Source of the DNA: Callorhinchus milii
Taxonomy: Eukaryota
Reading direction: 5' to 3'
Assembly (NCBI RefSeq): GCF_018977255.1
Contig: NW_024704742.1
Span: 62,932,001-62,996,000 of the forward strand
DNA length: 64,000 bases
In this document: piece after piece, positions 51,869 to 64,000 of the stretch
Layout of the letters: each line of letters starts with the position of its first letter
How positions within the stretch are numbered: position 1 is the first letter of the stretch
Notes under the pieces: model-generated
Database searches by the model: none
Seen by the model: the letters and a program-made list of their open reading frames with translations, nothing else
What the model was told of the DNA's origin: nothing
Position numbers and translations under genes: made by a program

Positions 51869-54469
51869 TGTAATTGTACCAATGTTATTTCTCTCTATAT
51901 TTTATTCCCGCCTCTCCTTTTTCTCCCATACTTTGATCTTGTTTCCTTCTCTCAAACTAAAAGATGCACATGCTTCTCCCAAAATAACTCGGACTTAGAG
52001 TGGGACTTATTTTAATTTTTAAAATTTTAAATACATTTCAAATTTTACTTTTTTTTCAAAAAAGTAACATTTTTGAGTTGGAATAATACATTCAAAATTA
52101 AGAAATATACTGAGTTTAGACCCTCTAATGTTTGTACTTAAACTTTCTTTATAATTTATGTTTTTAAGTGCTTCAAGATGCTACGCTGCGAGAAAGCTGC
52201 CAGATAAATGCAAGTTGCTGCTTCTTTGTTGTTAATGTTTGTTTTGAGTTCTGCATTTTAGTCTCAAAAATACACGGGCAAACAAATTACATTTAATATA
52301 ATTCAAGTTTAAAAATAACACACTTTATGGAAGTAATTAATTCACAAGAAGTAGACTGGATCTTAATTTAGATCAACAACAACAAGCAACAAATTATATT
52401 TGTATCGTGTCTTTCACATCGGGAGGACATTCTGAAATGCAAATGCTAAATTGTTTTAAGGACTACAGAAAAATGGTTATAAGTTAAAACTGAATTCAAC
52501 TATTTGCCTGCATCCTTAAAAATGTCACATTAATAGGAAAAATCTAGATCCAGGTGAAATTCTTTCCCAGTTATCTTTCTATTTAATTCCCCTGAGATTA
52601 CTATGAAATAATAATATCTGGATATCACATTTTTTTTACAGAAGATTCAACTCTTCTCTTTACTCTTCCACTCTTCAGTGGTTGTAAATCACTGCTGGTG
52701 GCTCCAATGTGAGGAAAAAAGCAAACTAGGCAGCCTTGTCTTGTTTCCCTTCCCAACCCAGATGGAGAGAAATTCATAAATCTTGAAATTCTGGCCAGCC
52801 CTACAGAATACCTGCCCCATCTAAATAAAAATCCAGTAGTTCCATCATAACATCAAGTTTTTTTTTAAATGGGTCCAGTGACCTGGCCTTAAAAACCCTT
52901 TGTGGTAACCTGCTCCAACCGTTTTATGGGAACGATATTCAGCTATTCTAAACACATATTAGAGGCATCCTGCAGTGTGGGACATGATAATTAACAGTAC
53001 AGTCTTTAAAATGCCAATAATTGGGCCTATGTTACACGTCACTACACTTCAAAATAACTCGTTATGTAAAACACTTTAAGATGTTTCAAAGTGATATCTT
53101 CCACCATCAAAATCATTTAAATTTCGCCCTCATTTTAGATTTCACCAGCTGTGAATTATGCGTCTTTTGAAACATCAAGAGATGCAGAATTCCTTCTGGA
53201 ACTATCTCCACCCCCAATAAGTACTTAAACTGGTATTCTTAGTCCAATGTCAGCAATCACTTACTGCTGTGTCAAATCTATCCATATTGGAGTCTGTAGG
53301 CAACATAAAACTGCTCAAAGCACCGTTAATGCCTTGACTGCAATATTCCATCCAGGGGTAATATTACTGACAGTCCAGAAGATTCCTACACCTCATTTCC
53401 CCACTATTTGCTTTAGCCTGCAAAGTCTTCACAATTGTCAATTTGCCCCTGTGATGGATATACTTGAGATTTCCATGAAATATTTTTTGAACTAACTTTA
53501 TATCTATATTTAGCAGAAAACCTAGCTCACAGCTGTGAGCTTTGAGCTCACAATCGAGGCTGATTGACTGCTGCATTCACTTAAAAGAATACAGTCACTA
53601 CATTTTAGTGAATCCTGTGAAGAGCTTTAAGATGTCCTCCAGACATGAAAGTCTCCAAACTAAATGCAAAGGTTATATATTTTTGAATGTCTTGAGGTGA
53701 ACGAGGGCAAACTTCAATCACTAAACTGCACTTTTCCAAGCTTGCTATGTGCAATTTAACCATGTTTAAATGTCCTTTTTTTCTGATGCGATCAGACAAT
53801 CACACAATATGACCCAGTCATTATGTGTCAAATGAAAGGTACCCACCAGGGAAAAGAAAATTAGCGCATGAAATTTTGTGCTTTTGAAAGGTCACTGCGG
53901 CTTGTAATGCTTGAGGAGATGACAGCATGGCTGACAACGTCTCATTTTAGCACGTATACTTGGCCAAGGTATCAAAAACGCCCTGTAATGTATCAAAAAT
54001 GCAGTGTGGTGCAGAAGTTTAAATCAATCCAAAGGACAGGCAATTTTGACTAACTTTGTGCAAGAAGTCTGGATGAACAGAAACTCAATAATAATAATAA
54101 TCCTTGCATTTGATATACCGCCTTATCACATCTTTGAAAAGTCTCAAAGTGATTCAAAGAATATACTATAAAGTGAATTGACTATATATTCTGTGGGCAT
54201 TAAGGTGATTGCATTAAATTGGTCTGGGTTCTTCTTCTCTTCCTCTTTTCTTCTCTACACATAATTGGGTATAAGTGTTGTATTTGCCACAAGTACTATG
54301 ATCTGACTCAATCTCCTTCTGTCAGAATTGAATTCCCGCAGGTCAGCCTGTGATTGCCAGAATAGTTAAATTTTTAGCAAACCCAGTGGCCTGAGTTCCC
54401 ACTTCTATTAATAATAATAAAAATCCTTGCATTTGATATGGCACCTAATGTTAATTATTATTAATGTGT

Positions 54470-55290
54470 TAATCCAAAACTCTGCTGCTCGTATATTTAT
54501 CTATACACCCAGATCCCACCCTAGAAAAAACTTCAGTGTGCTGCCCCCTTCTATCCTCTTACGACCCCGTTCCCCTGTAAAAACTTCTGCTCCCTATGGC
54601 CATGTCTTCTCTAACTTTGGTCACGGTGTTAGTGTAAGTGTTGCCTTGCCTGACCAACTCCTTTACTTTATTGCCACTTGTGCCTCTGACACCTTTTGTT
54701 TACCCGCCTTTAATTCGAGCACTTCCTGAGGCCTGATTGACGTGACCTGGCCCAACTCCGACTCAAGCGGGGGTGATTTCTCCGCCCACACACCCGACCT
54801 CCCCAACAACCATAGTTACCACCAACCGTTCTGAGAGTACAACCTGGGCAGCTGCCTAGTTTGCCTATAGCTAGAGTGACCACTGCCTGCAACAAATTCT
54901 GCACATCCATCACCCAAGTCTTGAACAGGCTTCACTGGCTCTCTGGCTCCAAATTGATCAACTTCAAGGAAGGTCCTCATCCCTTTACACCCTAGCACCC
55001 CTCTAGCTCTCTAATCTCCTCGTTCCCCACTCCTCTGCCTATTCACTCCGAGGTGCTAATTTAAGATTATTACATGTCTCCCGCTCCTGCCACCATTATT
55101 GCCGATCCTCCAGTTATTCCACCCCCAAATTCTGAAACTCTGCCTCTAACTCTCTGTCTTTGCCCCTCTTTATCTATCTTTAAATCCCACCTTAAATCCT
55201 ACATCTTGGACAATACCTCCGGTCACCTCCCACCCTTCCTCCCAGGTACTGTGAAGCACTCTGAAGTGTTATCTTATGTGAAGGATCTGC
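54470..55290 (+). mobile_element. Old L2 fragment interrupted by an insert of about 380 bp (54521-54900)
   Basis: IQNSAARIFIYTPRSH|SITQVLNRLHWL rejoins across the insert. Confidence 0.65.
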
Positions 55291-56420
55291 TGTAAAGTAT
55301 ACTGGGTATTTTGTAGACGAATGTGCCATCCAATTTATACACAGCAATGACCCACAGACAGCCTTGAAGTGAATGACCAATATTATCTAGGAGATTGTTG
55401 GTCAGGGTACAGTGAAAAGCTCCCATCTCCTTAAAAATAGTGCAAAGGAATCTTTACCATCCACCTGAACAGGCAGATGTGACCTTAATTTATTATTTCA
55501 TATGGATGGCGGCTCCAATAATGTGACACACACCCCAGTTCTGCATTGAAGTGCCTGGAATATGTGAGTTCAAAGACCTGACATGGGGCTCAACCCCACA
55601 GTCATCTGCCTCACAAGCAAGAGTGCTGTCAACTGAGGTGGACTGACACCTATTTTTTCTTACTCTCATCCAGTCCATCATTGAAGACAAGAGCTACTTC
55701 AACAAATGGATGAAGAGATAATTAAAAGGGAAATATCAACCTGCATCATGCTCGGGCATCAGTTCAAGGGAAGCAGTGTCAGTGGCAGTAAGCTAATGAT
55801 AGTTCCCTAGTTGCATTCAGCCAAGCAATTAGGAAAATCTAAAAAGCACGGAAATAACAACTAAGTCACAGAGAGAACCATCAAATATATAAACTCAAAT
55901 ATATTACTGGAAAATATGATTTATACCAGTAAGCAGTTATTAAAAAAAATCATATGATAAAAATTGCGATATAATAATACAAATTAAATTGATGCTTGAA
56001 GAGGAAGATTATTAAAGTGTACGAGAAGAGCACTGGAGAATGGAATTAAAATAATAATAATCCTTACATTTGGTCCAGCGCTTTTCATTTTGGGAGGATC
56101 ATCTTAAATGCCTCATAGGATACACTGTAAAGTGTAAGGATCATATTTGTAGGGAAATGTGGCAACTTGTTTGCCACAGCAATTCCCCACAAACAGCCAT
56201 ACAGAGAATGTTCAATTATATTTGTGGGATTGTTGACCAAGACATTGAGATAAACGCCCTTCTCATTTTCAAATAGTGCCATGTGATTTTTAACATCCAC
56301 CCGAACAGGCAGATGTGACCTCGATATTAATATCGCAACCAAAGCATGGCACCTCTGATAGTGAAGCATACCCCCAGCAATGCGTTGCAGTGTCAACACA
56401 GACTGTATGGGCTCCAAGTT
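55270..56420 (-). mobile_element. Two Deu-domain SINEs (about 55270-55650 and 56050-56420)
   Basis: TCCACCTGAACAGGCAGA and head remnants in reverse orientation. Confidence 0.75.
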
Positions 56421-57559
56421 CCAACTTTAAAACTGAATACAGGAAATTTTCCCCTCCAAAAATGGACATAAAATTAAGACCGTGAAGTCTATTTTGGAAA
56501 ACAGATAATTACTAGCAAGTAAGCAAAAGGTAGAAATGAACCCTTTGCTTTTCATGTTTTTATAATTGCTGTGTGTAATTGGCTGCTATGTTTCATCAAA
56601 GAATATACAGTCCAGTGCCTTAGGACGTCCTCCTGACGTGAAAGGCGCTCTATAAATGTAATTTTGTTGTTGTTGTTGTCTATCCATTTTACAATATATT
56701 CTGTGAAGTGCTTTCAGACATTTCAACGTTGCACTATATCAAATGCAAGGATTATTATTATTATTTGGCTGATGAAAGTTTCTTTGCATTTTTAATCCTT
56801 GCCGTATTTTTAAAGTCTTCTTGACCTTACACAGTCCTATCACTGGGAAATAGTAGAATATTTTACTGGGAGATTCATGTGATATCTTCAGAAACGTAAT
56901 TGGTTATAAGGGACTATCTCCAAGGCAAAACATTCACCCCTGGCCAGTAGATGGTGAGAGCAGTGCTTTCATAATTAAACATTTCTTTCTCTTATTACCT
57001 TTTACTATCAATAATTGATGGATTTATGAGATATCTGAATTTCAACACAAACCTTTACAATACAATTCACAGACTATGGATGCAGCACCGAGTCTCTGGA
57101 GAAATCTTAGCTTGTAAATTCTGTATATAATTTGAAAAAAGCAGTTGAAGTTTTAGGGGTTGTCTTAAGAAAATGAAGGAAATTTAAAGTTTAGTTTTTT
57201 TCATAGTACAGATTCATAGAAAGTACAGCTCAGAAACAGGCTATTTAGCCCGGTCTATCTGGCCTATCCCTGATCCTATCCCTAGTCCCATATCACAGCC
57301 TTTTTCCCGTATCCCACAACTTTATTCTCTCTCAACCATGAGTCCAGTCTTTTTTTGAAAAAGCTAAAACATTTAGATATTGTAAGTGGAGTAACCTGAA
57401 GCATCTTGGGAAACTCAGTCCCCACCCCAACACACGCTCAACCAGACCCTTCCCACACCTCTCAGGTCCCACTCCCAGCCCTAGTGTCCAGCATTCAGCA
57501 TCAAGCGTTTTGGGACATCCTCCGAATGTGAAGGCACCTTATAAATGCAAATTTGGGAG

Positions 57560-58155
57560 TTAAGAGAGGGGTTCTTTCTTGCTGATCTGGCTCCAAGATA
57601 ACATGCCTGGCAATGGAATGTCAGAATTGAGCTTACCCTTTGTGGTGGTCTCAGTAGTCCAGTTCCTGAGCCAGGCGAGTCTGCAGTATTCCAGGGCACT
57701 GCTGATATCAGCCCAGCCAGCTTGGCTCATCGGCAGGATTTGGAAGAGCAGACGAGTCATTGGGGTCAGGGACTCTTCCCACTCAGGTTCTATTAACCCT
57801 CCAAGCCAAAGCCCTAACAAGTAGGGTGGTCCTAGCTGGACAAACAGTGGTAAAACTTCCCAGGCATTGCGCTCATTGGCAAACTACTAGGTTTTAGCTG
57901 GATAGACTCCAGCAGTACCCCAATGCACACTCTAGGTCCCCAAGCCTTAACTCTTGCCAACCTTCGCCTAATACTTTCTGGAATTGGGTGAATAGGATGC
58001 GTCCACCCAGGGAGAGAGAGCATATTCCATTCCAACAATCAATCTCTGGGATTTCCATGTGTAGTTGGGATGCAGGGAAATCTCAGTTTAGTTTAGAAAC
58101 TTTTAAGCACGGTGATGGGTTTTCTCATGGATCAGAGACCCGGCTGATCAAAACA
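57560..58155 (+). repeat. Family X, most complete copy
   Basis: Aligns with six other loci in the window. Confidence 0.8.
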
Positions 58156-58648
58156 AATTGTAAATATGTATTGTAGGAATCATAGGAGCTAAAATATTTG
58201 GGGTTTGAATCCAGCAACAGCTGCCTGGAATTCCATTCAGTTTGAACCTGTAAGACCATCTTAAAATATTAAAGTGTGTAGGACTGCAGAAAATTCCTCA
58301 ATTCCAACTTAATATGGAAGCGTAAAAAATACTGGCTTCAAAATTAAGACTGGATTGTTCACAATTCTGCCCAATCTTAAATTTGAAGATAACATGGTTT
58401 TACTGGCTAAACAACAACATCTGCTTGTGTTCCTATAACACTCTCTACATACAAGATGGTGTCTTGGAATGCTGCACAATCGTGGGGTCAGATACCAAGT
58501 AAGGGAGGAGGGAAGTAGCCACAGGCATGGCCCACCAGGTAGGTCTTAAGGTGATATTTAAAGAGTTAAAGATAAAGAGGAGTTGGAATTTCAGGATGGC
58601 TTCCAGTGGGTCAAGTCAGGTCATTTCCTCCTGACATGAAAGGTGTTA

Positions 58649-59000
58649 TATAATAATAATCCTTGCATTTGATATAGTGCTTTATCATGTCTTGACCTCT
58701 CAAAAGCGCTTCACAGAATATACTGTAAAGTGAATTGATTGTATATTTGAGGGCGAAATGCAGCAGCCAATTGCACACAGTCATGGATTGAGTGACCAAA
58801 TTATTATTTTTTTTAGGAATAATTATCCCTGGAAAAGTGATCCGCCAATCGACTACTCTACTTACTGCTAGGTAAACAAGTGGTGTGGAGTAAGAAAACT
58901 TGCCCAACATTTCGCTCTGCCCGGGAATAGAACCCAGGTCTCTCGCTTGTGAGGCGAGAGGTCTAACCACTGAACTACAGGATTCCAAGGACTCCAGGAC
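58649..59000 (-). mobile_element. Full-length type A SINE
   Basis: Collinear with 11601-11977. Confidence 0.85.
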
Positions 59001-62000
59001 TTGCATATATCAAATGTAAACATTATTATTTTATTCAGGGATCCATTGAAAAGGTTATATTTGTGGCCATTGGGTTATTTTGTTGGGATTTCCTCCCTGG
59101 TAGACAATTCTCAATGTCAAGACTAACATATTAATAATGGCCACTTAAACTATGTGCCTATAGAACCCTAACCCAGCAGAATGGAAAAGGAACGAAAGTA
59201 CTGCTGGAGGGGAGGGAAGAAAATTGCAGGAGAAAACGTAATGAGAGAGAGAGAGAGAAATTGTATTTTATTGTACTTGATTGCAAAGGTCATTTGAACT
59301 TTTTTTAAAAATGTTCAAAACTTCTTGGAATGCCCTTAAGGTTTTTAAGTTGCACAGTTACGCTCCTGGCTGCTTCAGAACATTAAAATGAAACCTTAAA
59401 TCAGGCACTGCATAGGTATCCCTGAGGAGATATTTCACCTGGGTCTCATCTTATTCGATTCATGTGGCATTTCACAGAGAGCAGAATTTTGCAAATAGCT
59501 GAATTCAGCCTTAACTTTCCAAAAAAGTTTTCTGTCAGCTCTTCAAAAGAACTTACAGAAAAACGGTTTCAAAATTGGCTGTGTTTAAGAATCTGGCAAA
59601 TGCTGTTTCCTTTGGGAATCCTAGACCAAATTGTACCCAGGTGGAATGTCTCCTTGGCCTTTTGCAAGTGTAGAGCTCTCCCAGAGAGGGTAAGACAAAG
59701 TCAAGGTCCGTGTTTGAATCTACACTCCTGGAAGCGATGTCAAATGTCCCAGAAGTTAGTGAAAAGGCAATAATATTAACAATAATAATACTTATTATAG
59801 GAATAATAACAATACTACTAAACAAACAAACAAACTACATTTGTATAGCACCTTTCACATCGGGAAGACTGTTCAAGGTGTTGGACAGTCAAGGATTACT
59901 ACTACTAATAAGAATTATTATAATTATTGTATTTAGTGTAACACTTTTTGTGTCATGAGGATGTCCAAAGTGCTTCATAGGATAAACTACAAGATAGAGT
60001 GACTATTTTTCTGGGCGAACATGGGAATGAAGATGAAGGGGAATGAAGAAAGGGCTGGAAAGTTAGATGAATAAAAGGATGGCTTGGAAAAAAAGTCTGA
60101 GGCAGATGAGATGGTACGAAGGGTCCTCTTATGTGCTGAAGGTATGTTTCGTTTACCTTTTATAGCCTAGTAATGTAAAAAAAGAAATGCAGTTGCAATG
60201 CAAATCAAAGCCCCTATGGTGATTTTTTTTATTTCCGCAGAACTCAAGAGCAATGTTATATTTTATGCTCGTCACAAGCTTAAATTGTTTTGTGCAACCA
60301 AGAGGGAATGTTCTCACATATTGATTATTCCAGCATTATATCTGTATGGAGTGCCATGCTCTCTTCCACCAGAATGAAAAACTCAGACTGTCAGTTGTTA
60401 GGTTAGTTTTCTAGTCCCTCATTCACTCGTTTTTACAACAGGCGCAGAACTACCCAGAAACTGTGATTGCATTTGTTTTGTTTTCGCTCCATCCTGATAA
60501 CACTGAAATGTGATAATGGCGGAACCCTATGACTGCTCCGATCAATAACCATCACAGAATGAAATAAATGGAACTGGAGATTACTCAAGCACAGAAAGTA
60601 CAAATTTTCCAAGAGGAATTATACCAAAAGCTCAATGATCCGCAAAGCCAATATTACAGTAGTTCACCCCATTTTCCCCAGACTGACAGATTTAAGTTTA
60701 TATTTTATCTTATTTCAGGCACATCCTACAACCTTGGTTAGTCTCAAGCAGTCACACTTACCTTCTATGATTCTCTTTCTTATCACGTTTTTTTTATATC
60801 TAATTTTGCAACTAGTGGTACGATAATCAGAAATATGCTTTTCTCCAGGGACACTGAGGAATTCTTACTGAGTATATTCTCCAGCAGTTTATAGTGCCAG
60901 GCAGGTCTGCAGTTCTCCAGGGCACTGCTAATGACAGACCAGCCAGCCTGGCTTGTCGGTAAGACTTGAAGGGACAGACCAATCAGTGGGAGCAGTGATT
61001 CTTCTCACTCAACACCTATTATTCTGCAACGCAAAACCCTAATGCAGAGGTAGTCCTATGTGAACAGCAACAACAATTTTATATTGTGCCGCTCATGCAG
61101 GGTAGCATCCCAGAGTGCTTAAAGCAGCAGAAAGCTTGACAGACAGTGCTTTCAATTCCAAACTATGCAATTTTAGCATTTGCTTCACCATCAGCATCTG
61201 CAGCACTCTCTCCCAGCACTGCACTGGAGTGTCAGACGAGACCATTGGCGAACATTGGTCGGTCAACCAAATATATTTTTCTTGATTGAATATTCCTTGA
61301 TTTACAGCCACACTATAAATATCGCTATTCAGTTGCTACTGAAAACAAAATATTGATTTAACACAGACTCACCTAGACTAATGCGAATTTTTGCCACTTC
61401 TTGACGCCCTCGCGGGCCACTTTTGGCCATAGGTTGGCCACCATTGGCCAAGACTGTGAGCTCAAAGTCCTGAGGTGGGGCTTACAACCTTCTTGACCTC
61501 AGAAGTAAGAGCATTACTGAACTGAGCCATGCTGACATCTAAGCTGTTGCTCTGATATATTAAGTGATTTTTCATACCAAGTCTGATATGGTGGAATATG
61601 CTACAAAGCAGCTAATAACTAGTAATGGAAGAGTTAAACTAAACAGATCAAACTAACAAATATCCTCACTCTGACTATGATTCCCCTTGCCTGAAACCTG
61701 CTGAAAAAATCATGGTAAGTGACAGCTTAATTAAATATGTGCGAATAGTATAGCTTCCTTTCACTGACTGGCAGTGCTATTTCTGGTTTTGTCAACAGCT
61801 CCAGTTAACATGATACACAGGTCTAGATTGCAAGACAGTGGGGGATTGCAACATCTCACAGGGCAGTCCTTCAGCAAGAAGAGAAGGTATGGTCCTACTA
61901 ATGCTTCCTGTCATCAGCATCATTACAGACAGGGTGGAAGCAGAGGGTCGCAGATCGTACAGCAAACACATTGTAATATTTTTTAAAAATGATTCTCGTC

Positions 62001-62497
62001 TAGTGATGAGCAATGTTGATTGAACTCCAGAACACGTTTGTTATTTCTCAAAATGCTCTTTTGTCTCTCAAGTTTTTTCTAACAAAAAAGTGTAACAAAC
62101 AATACTAAATCAAATCTCTAACCAGAAACGTAAACTGTTAAAATAAGTAATATGTTCAGGGATTTGTATTTTCTTTTTAAATAAAAAACAATTCTTGCAT
62201 TTGATGTAGCTCCTTTCATGTTGGGAGGACATCTCAAAGTGTTTCACAGGGTTCACTGAAAAGTGTAGTGACTGTATTTTTGCAGGCAAACCCAGCAGCC
62301 AATTTGCACAGAGCAACATCCCGCACGTAGCCATGAGGTAGCTACAAATAAACAGTAACTACACTTCACAGTAAAATCTTGTGAAGTGCTTTGAGACATT
62401 TCAATAATGTGATAAGGTACTGCATAAAATGCAAGGATTATTATCAATAGTAATAAGTATCAATAATAATCAATATCAATAATAATCAATAATAATA

Positions 62498-63072
62498 AGC
62501 TTCATCGGCCTTCCCAACTCTTCCCTTCCCAAGCTGCAGATCATCCAAAACTCTGCAGCTTGTGCTCTCTCGCGCACCAGGCTCCGCGACCCCATCACTC
62601 CCTCCCTCGTCCGTCTCCACTGGCTCCTCATCCCTCAGAGGATCGAATTCAAGATCCTCGTCCTCACTTTCAAGGCCATCCATGGCCTTGTCCCCTCCTA
62701 CCTCTCTGACCTGCTGACTCCCTACCAACCTGCCCGCTCCCTCTGTTTATTGGGCTCCAGCCTGCTCCATGTCTCCCGCCCGACCCGCCCTACCATAGGT
62801 GGCCGGGCTTTCAGCCTCTCTGCCCCCACACTCTGGAACTCCATCCCACAGTCCCTTCACCTTGTTTCCTCCCTTGCCTCCTTCAAGGCCGGTCTCAAGA
62901 CCCTTCTCTTCAATCATGCCTTCGATTGCCCTCCCACCTTTCTGCCATCCCTCACGTCTACCCTACCCTTCCCCCATGCTCGGGTCCTGACCCCTGACTG
63001 TCCAGTGCCTTGGGACATCCTCCCGACGTGAAAGGCACTCTATAAATATAATTTTGTTGTTGGTGTTGTTGT
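62498..63072 (+). mobile_element. Young L2 3' fragment
   Basis: KLQIIQNSAA, DPITPSLVRLHWL, RIEFKILVLTFKAIHGL and tail; closely matches the reverse of 19411-19975. Confidence 0.92.
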
Positions 63073-64000
63073 AAGTTAGTGCCAAATTTTATTTGGGGAT
63101 TTGTTGACCAGGATTACCTTATTCCTTTAGATTGGAAAACGTTGCGTTGAACTGGCAATGAACAGAAATACCCATTGTTTTTGCCCATATTCATTCTTTG
63201 ATAAAAATAGGTTCCAGCAGCGATCTCAGATACACATTCAGGTATCAAGAAGTAGGGACACAGCTGTCTGCCAGTTTTGAATTGAGGCATTTTATTGCCA
63301 AGAATTTAATGTTATAAATTTACACGTTTCATAGCCTGTTTTCAATCTTTTCAATAAGATCATTAAGTTAGTTCTTTACATTTTGTTCGTTGTATTTCTT
63401 CTGCCTGATAATGAAATAATTCACGAAACAATGTCTTAATTATGATGGAGTCTCCTCTCTTGCACCTCAATGTTTGCCTGCATCAGCGGTAAATGAAGGA
63501 GACTCAAAGAGCTAACGACTGTAATAAGGTGTGAATGAATTTCTACTCAAAACTCTTTTTTTTTCATCTGAAGCACTATCACACAATAATGAGGCATGAA
63601 TTCCACCTCATTTTGTTTCATTTCAAATCACACAATTCTGAAATCTATATCCGCGGCAAATGGTGTGGTGCTACAACAACAGCATCATCAACAACTTACA
63701 TTTATATAGGGCTCTTCATGTATGTCAGATAACGTCTTAAAGCTCTCCATGGGGATGGTGTCGGATACCGAGCAAGGCTCTATATTTACATTGATACAGT
63801 CGATAATAATACAGTAAATATTAATAAGAATAATCTTAATCTTAACCGCTGAATCCCTCCATTGTTTTGCCCCACCCTTTCCCTCTCATCTCTTTGAACC
63901 CTACCAACCTGCTCTCTCCCTGTGCTCAGCGGACTTTGGCATGTTCCCCGTCCACAGTCACACCCATCTGCGGCCAGGCTTTCAGGGTATCTTTCCCCAA

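Noticed and set aside
59710..59958. ORF with an apparent transmembrane segment (IILTIIILIIG)
   Set aside because: Encoded by (ATA)n low-complexity sequence and an L2 tail.
13190..61890. Scattered resemblance of short peptides to CatSper auxiliary subunits (WYVPM, FCNLFNSVDIWG), integrin alpha or thyroglobulin repeats
   Set aside because: Matches are short, compared from memory, fall on both strands and partly out of order; they are at chance level. A BLASTX search is needed.

Overview
Eukaryotic, AT-rich, repeat-dense vertebrate DNA. The repeat mix (CR1 and L2 LINEs, tRNA-derived Deu-domain SINEs, Penelope-type ends) suggests a cartilaginous fish, possibly a chimaera; this is inference only. 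Much of the window is 5'-truncated CR1 and L2 copies and two SINE families that share the L2 3' tail, often nested in one another. The only long ORF (656 aa) is a truncated CR1 reverse transcriptase. No host gene could be named; there are only low-confidence candidate exons on both strands. Most notable: (1) a U6 snRNA 3' end fused directly to an L2 3' tail (6363-6462), a chimeric retrotranscript; (2) an unidentified ~600-bp dispersed repeat with a fixed 3' stem-loop end, 7 copies; (3) Penelope-like ends with hammerhead-ribozyme core motifs; (4) a near-perfect 237-bp hairpin; (5) a G-rich minisatellite carrying nested insertions. Repeat boundaries were read by eye and are approximate.
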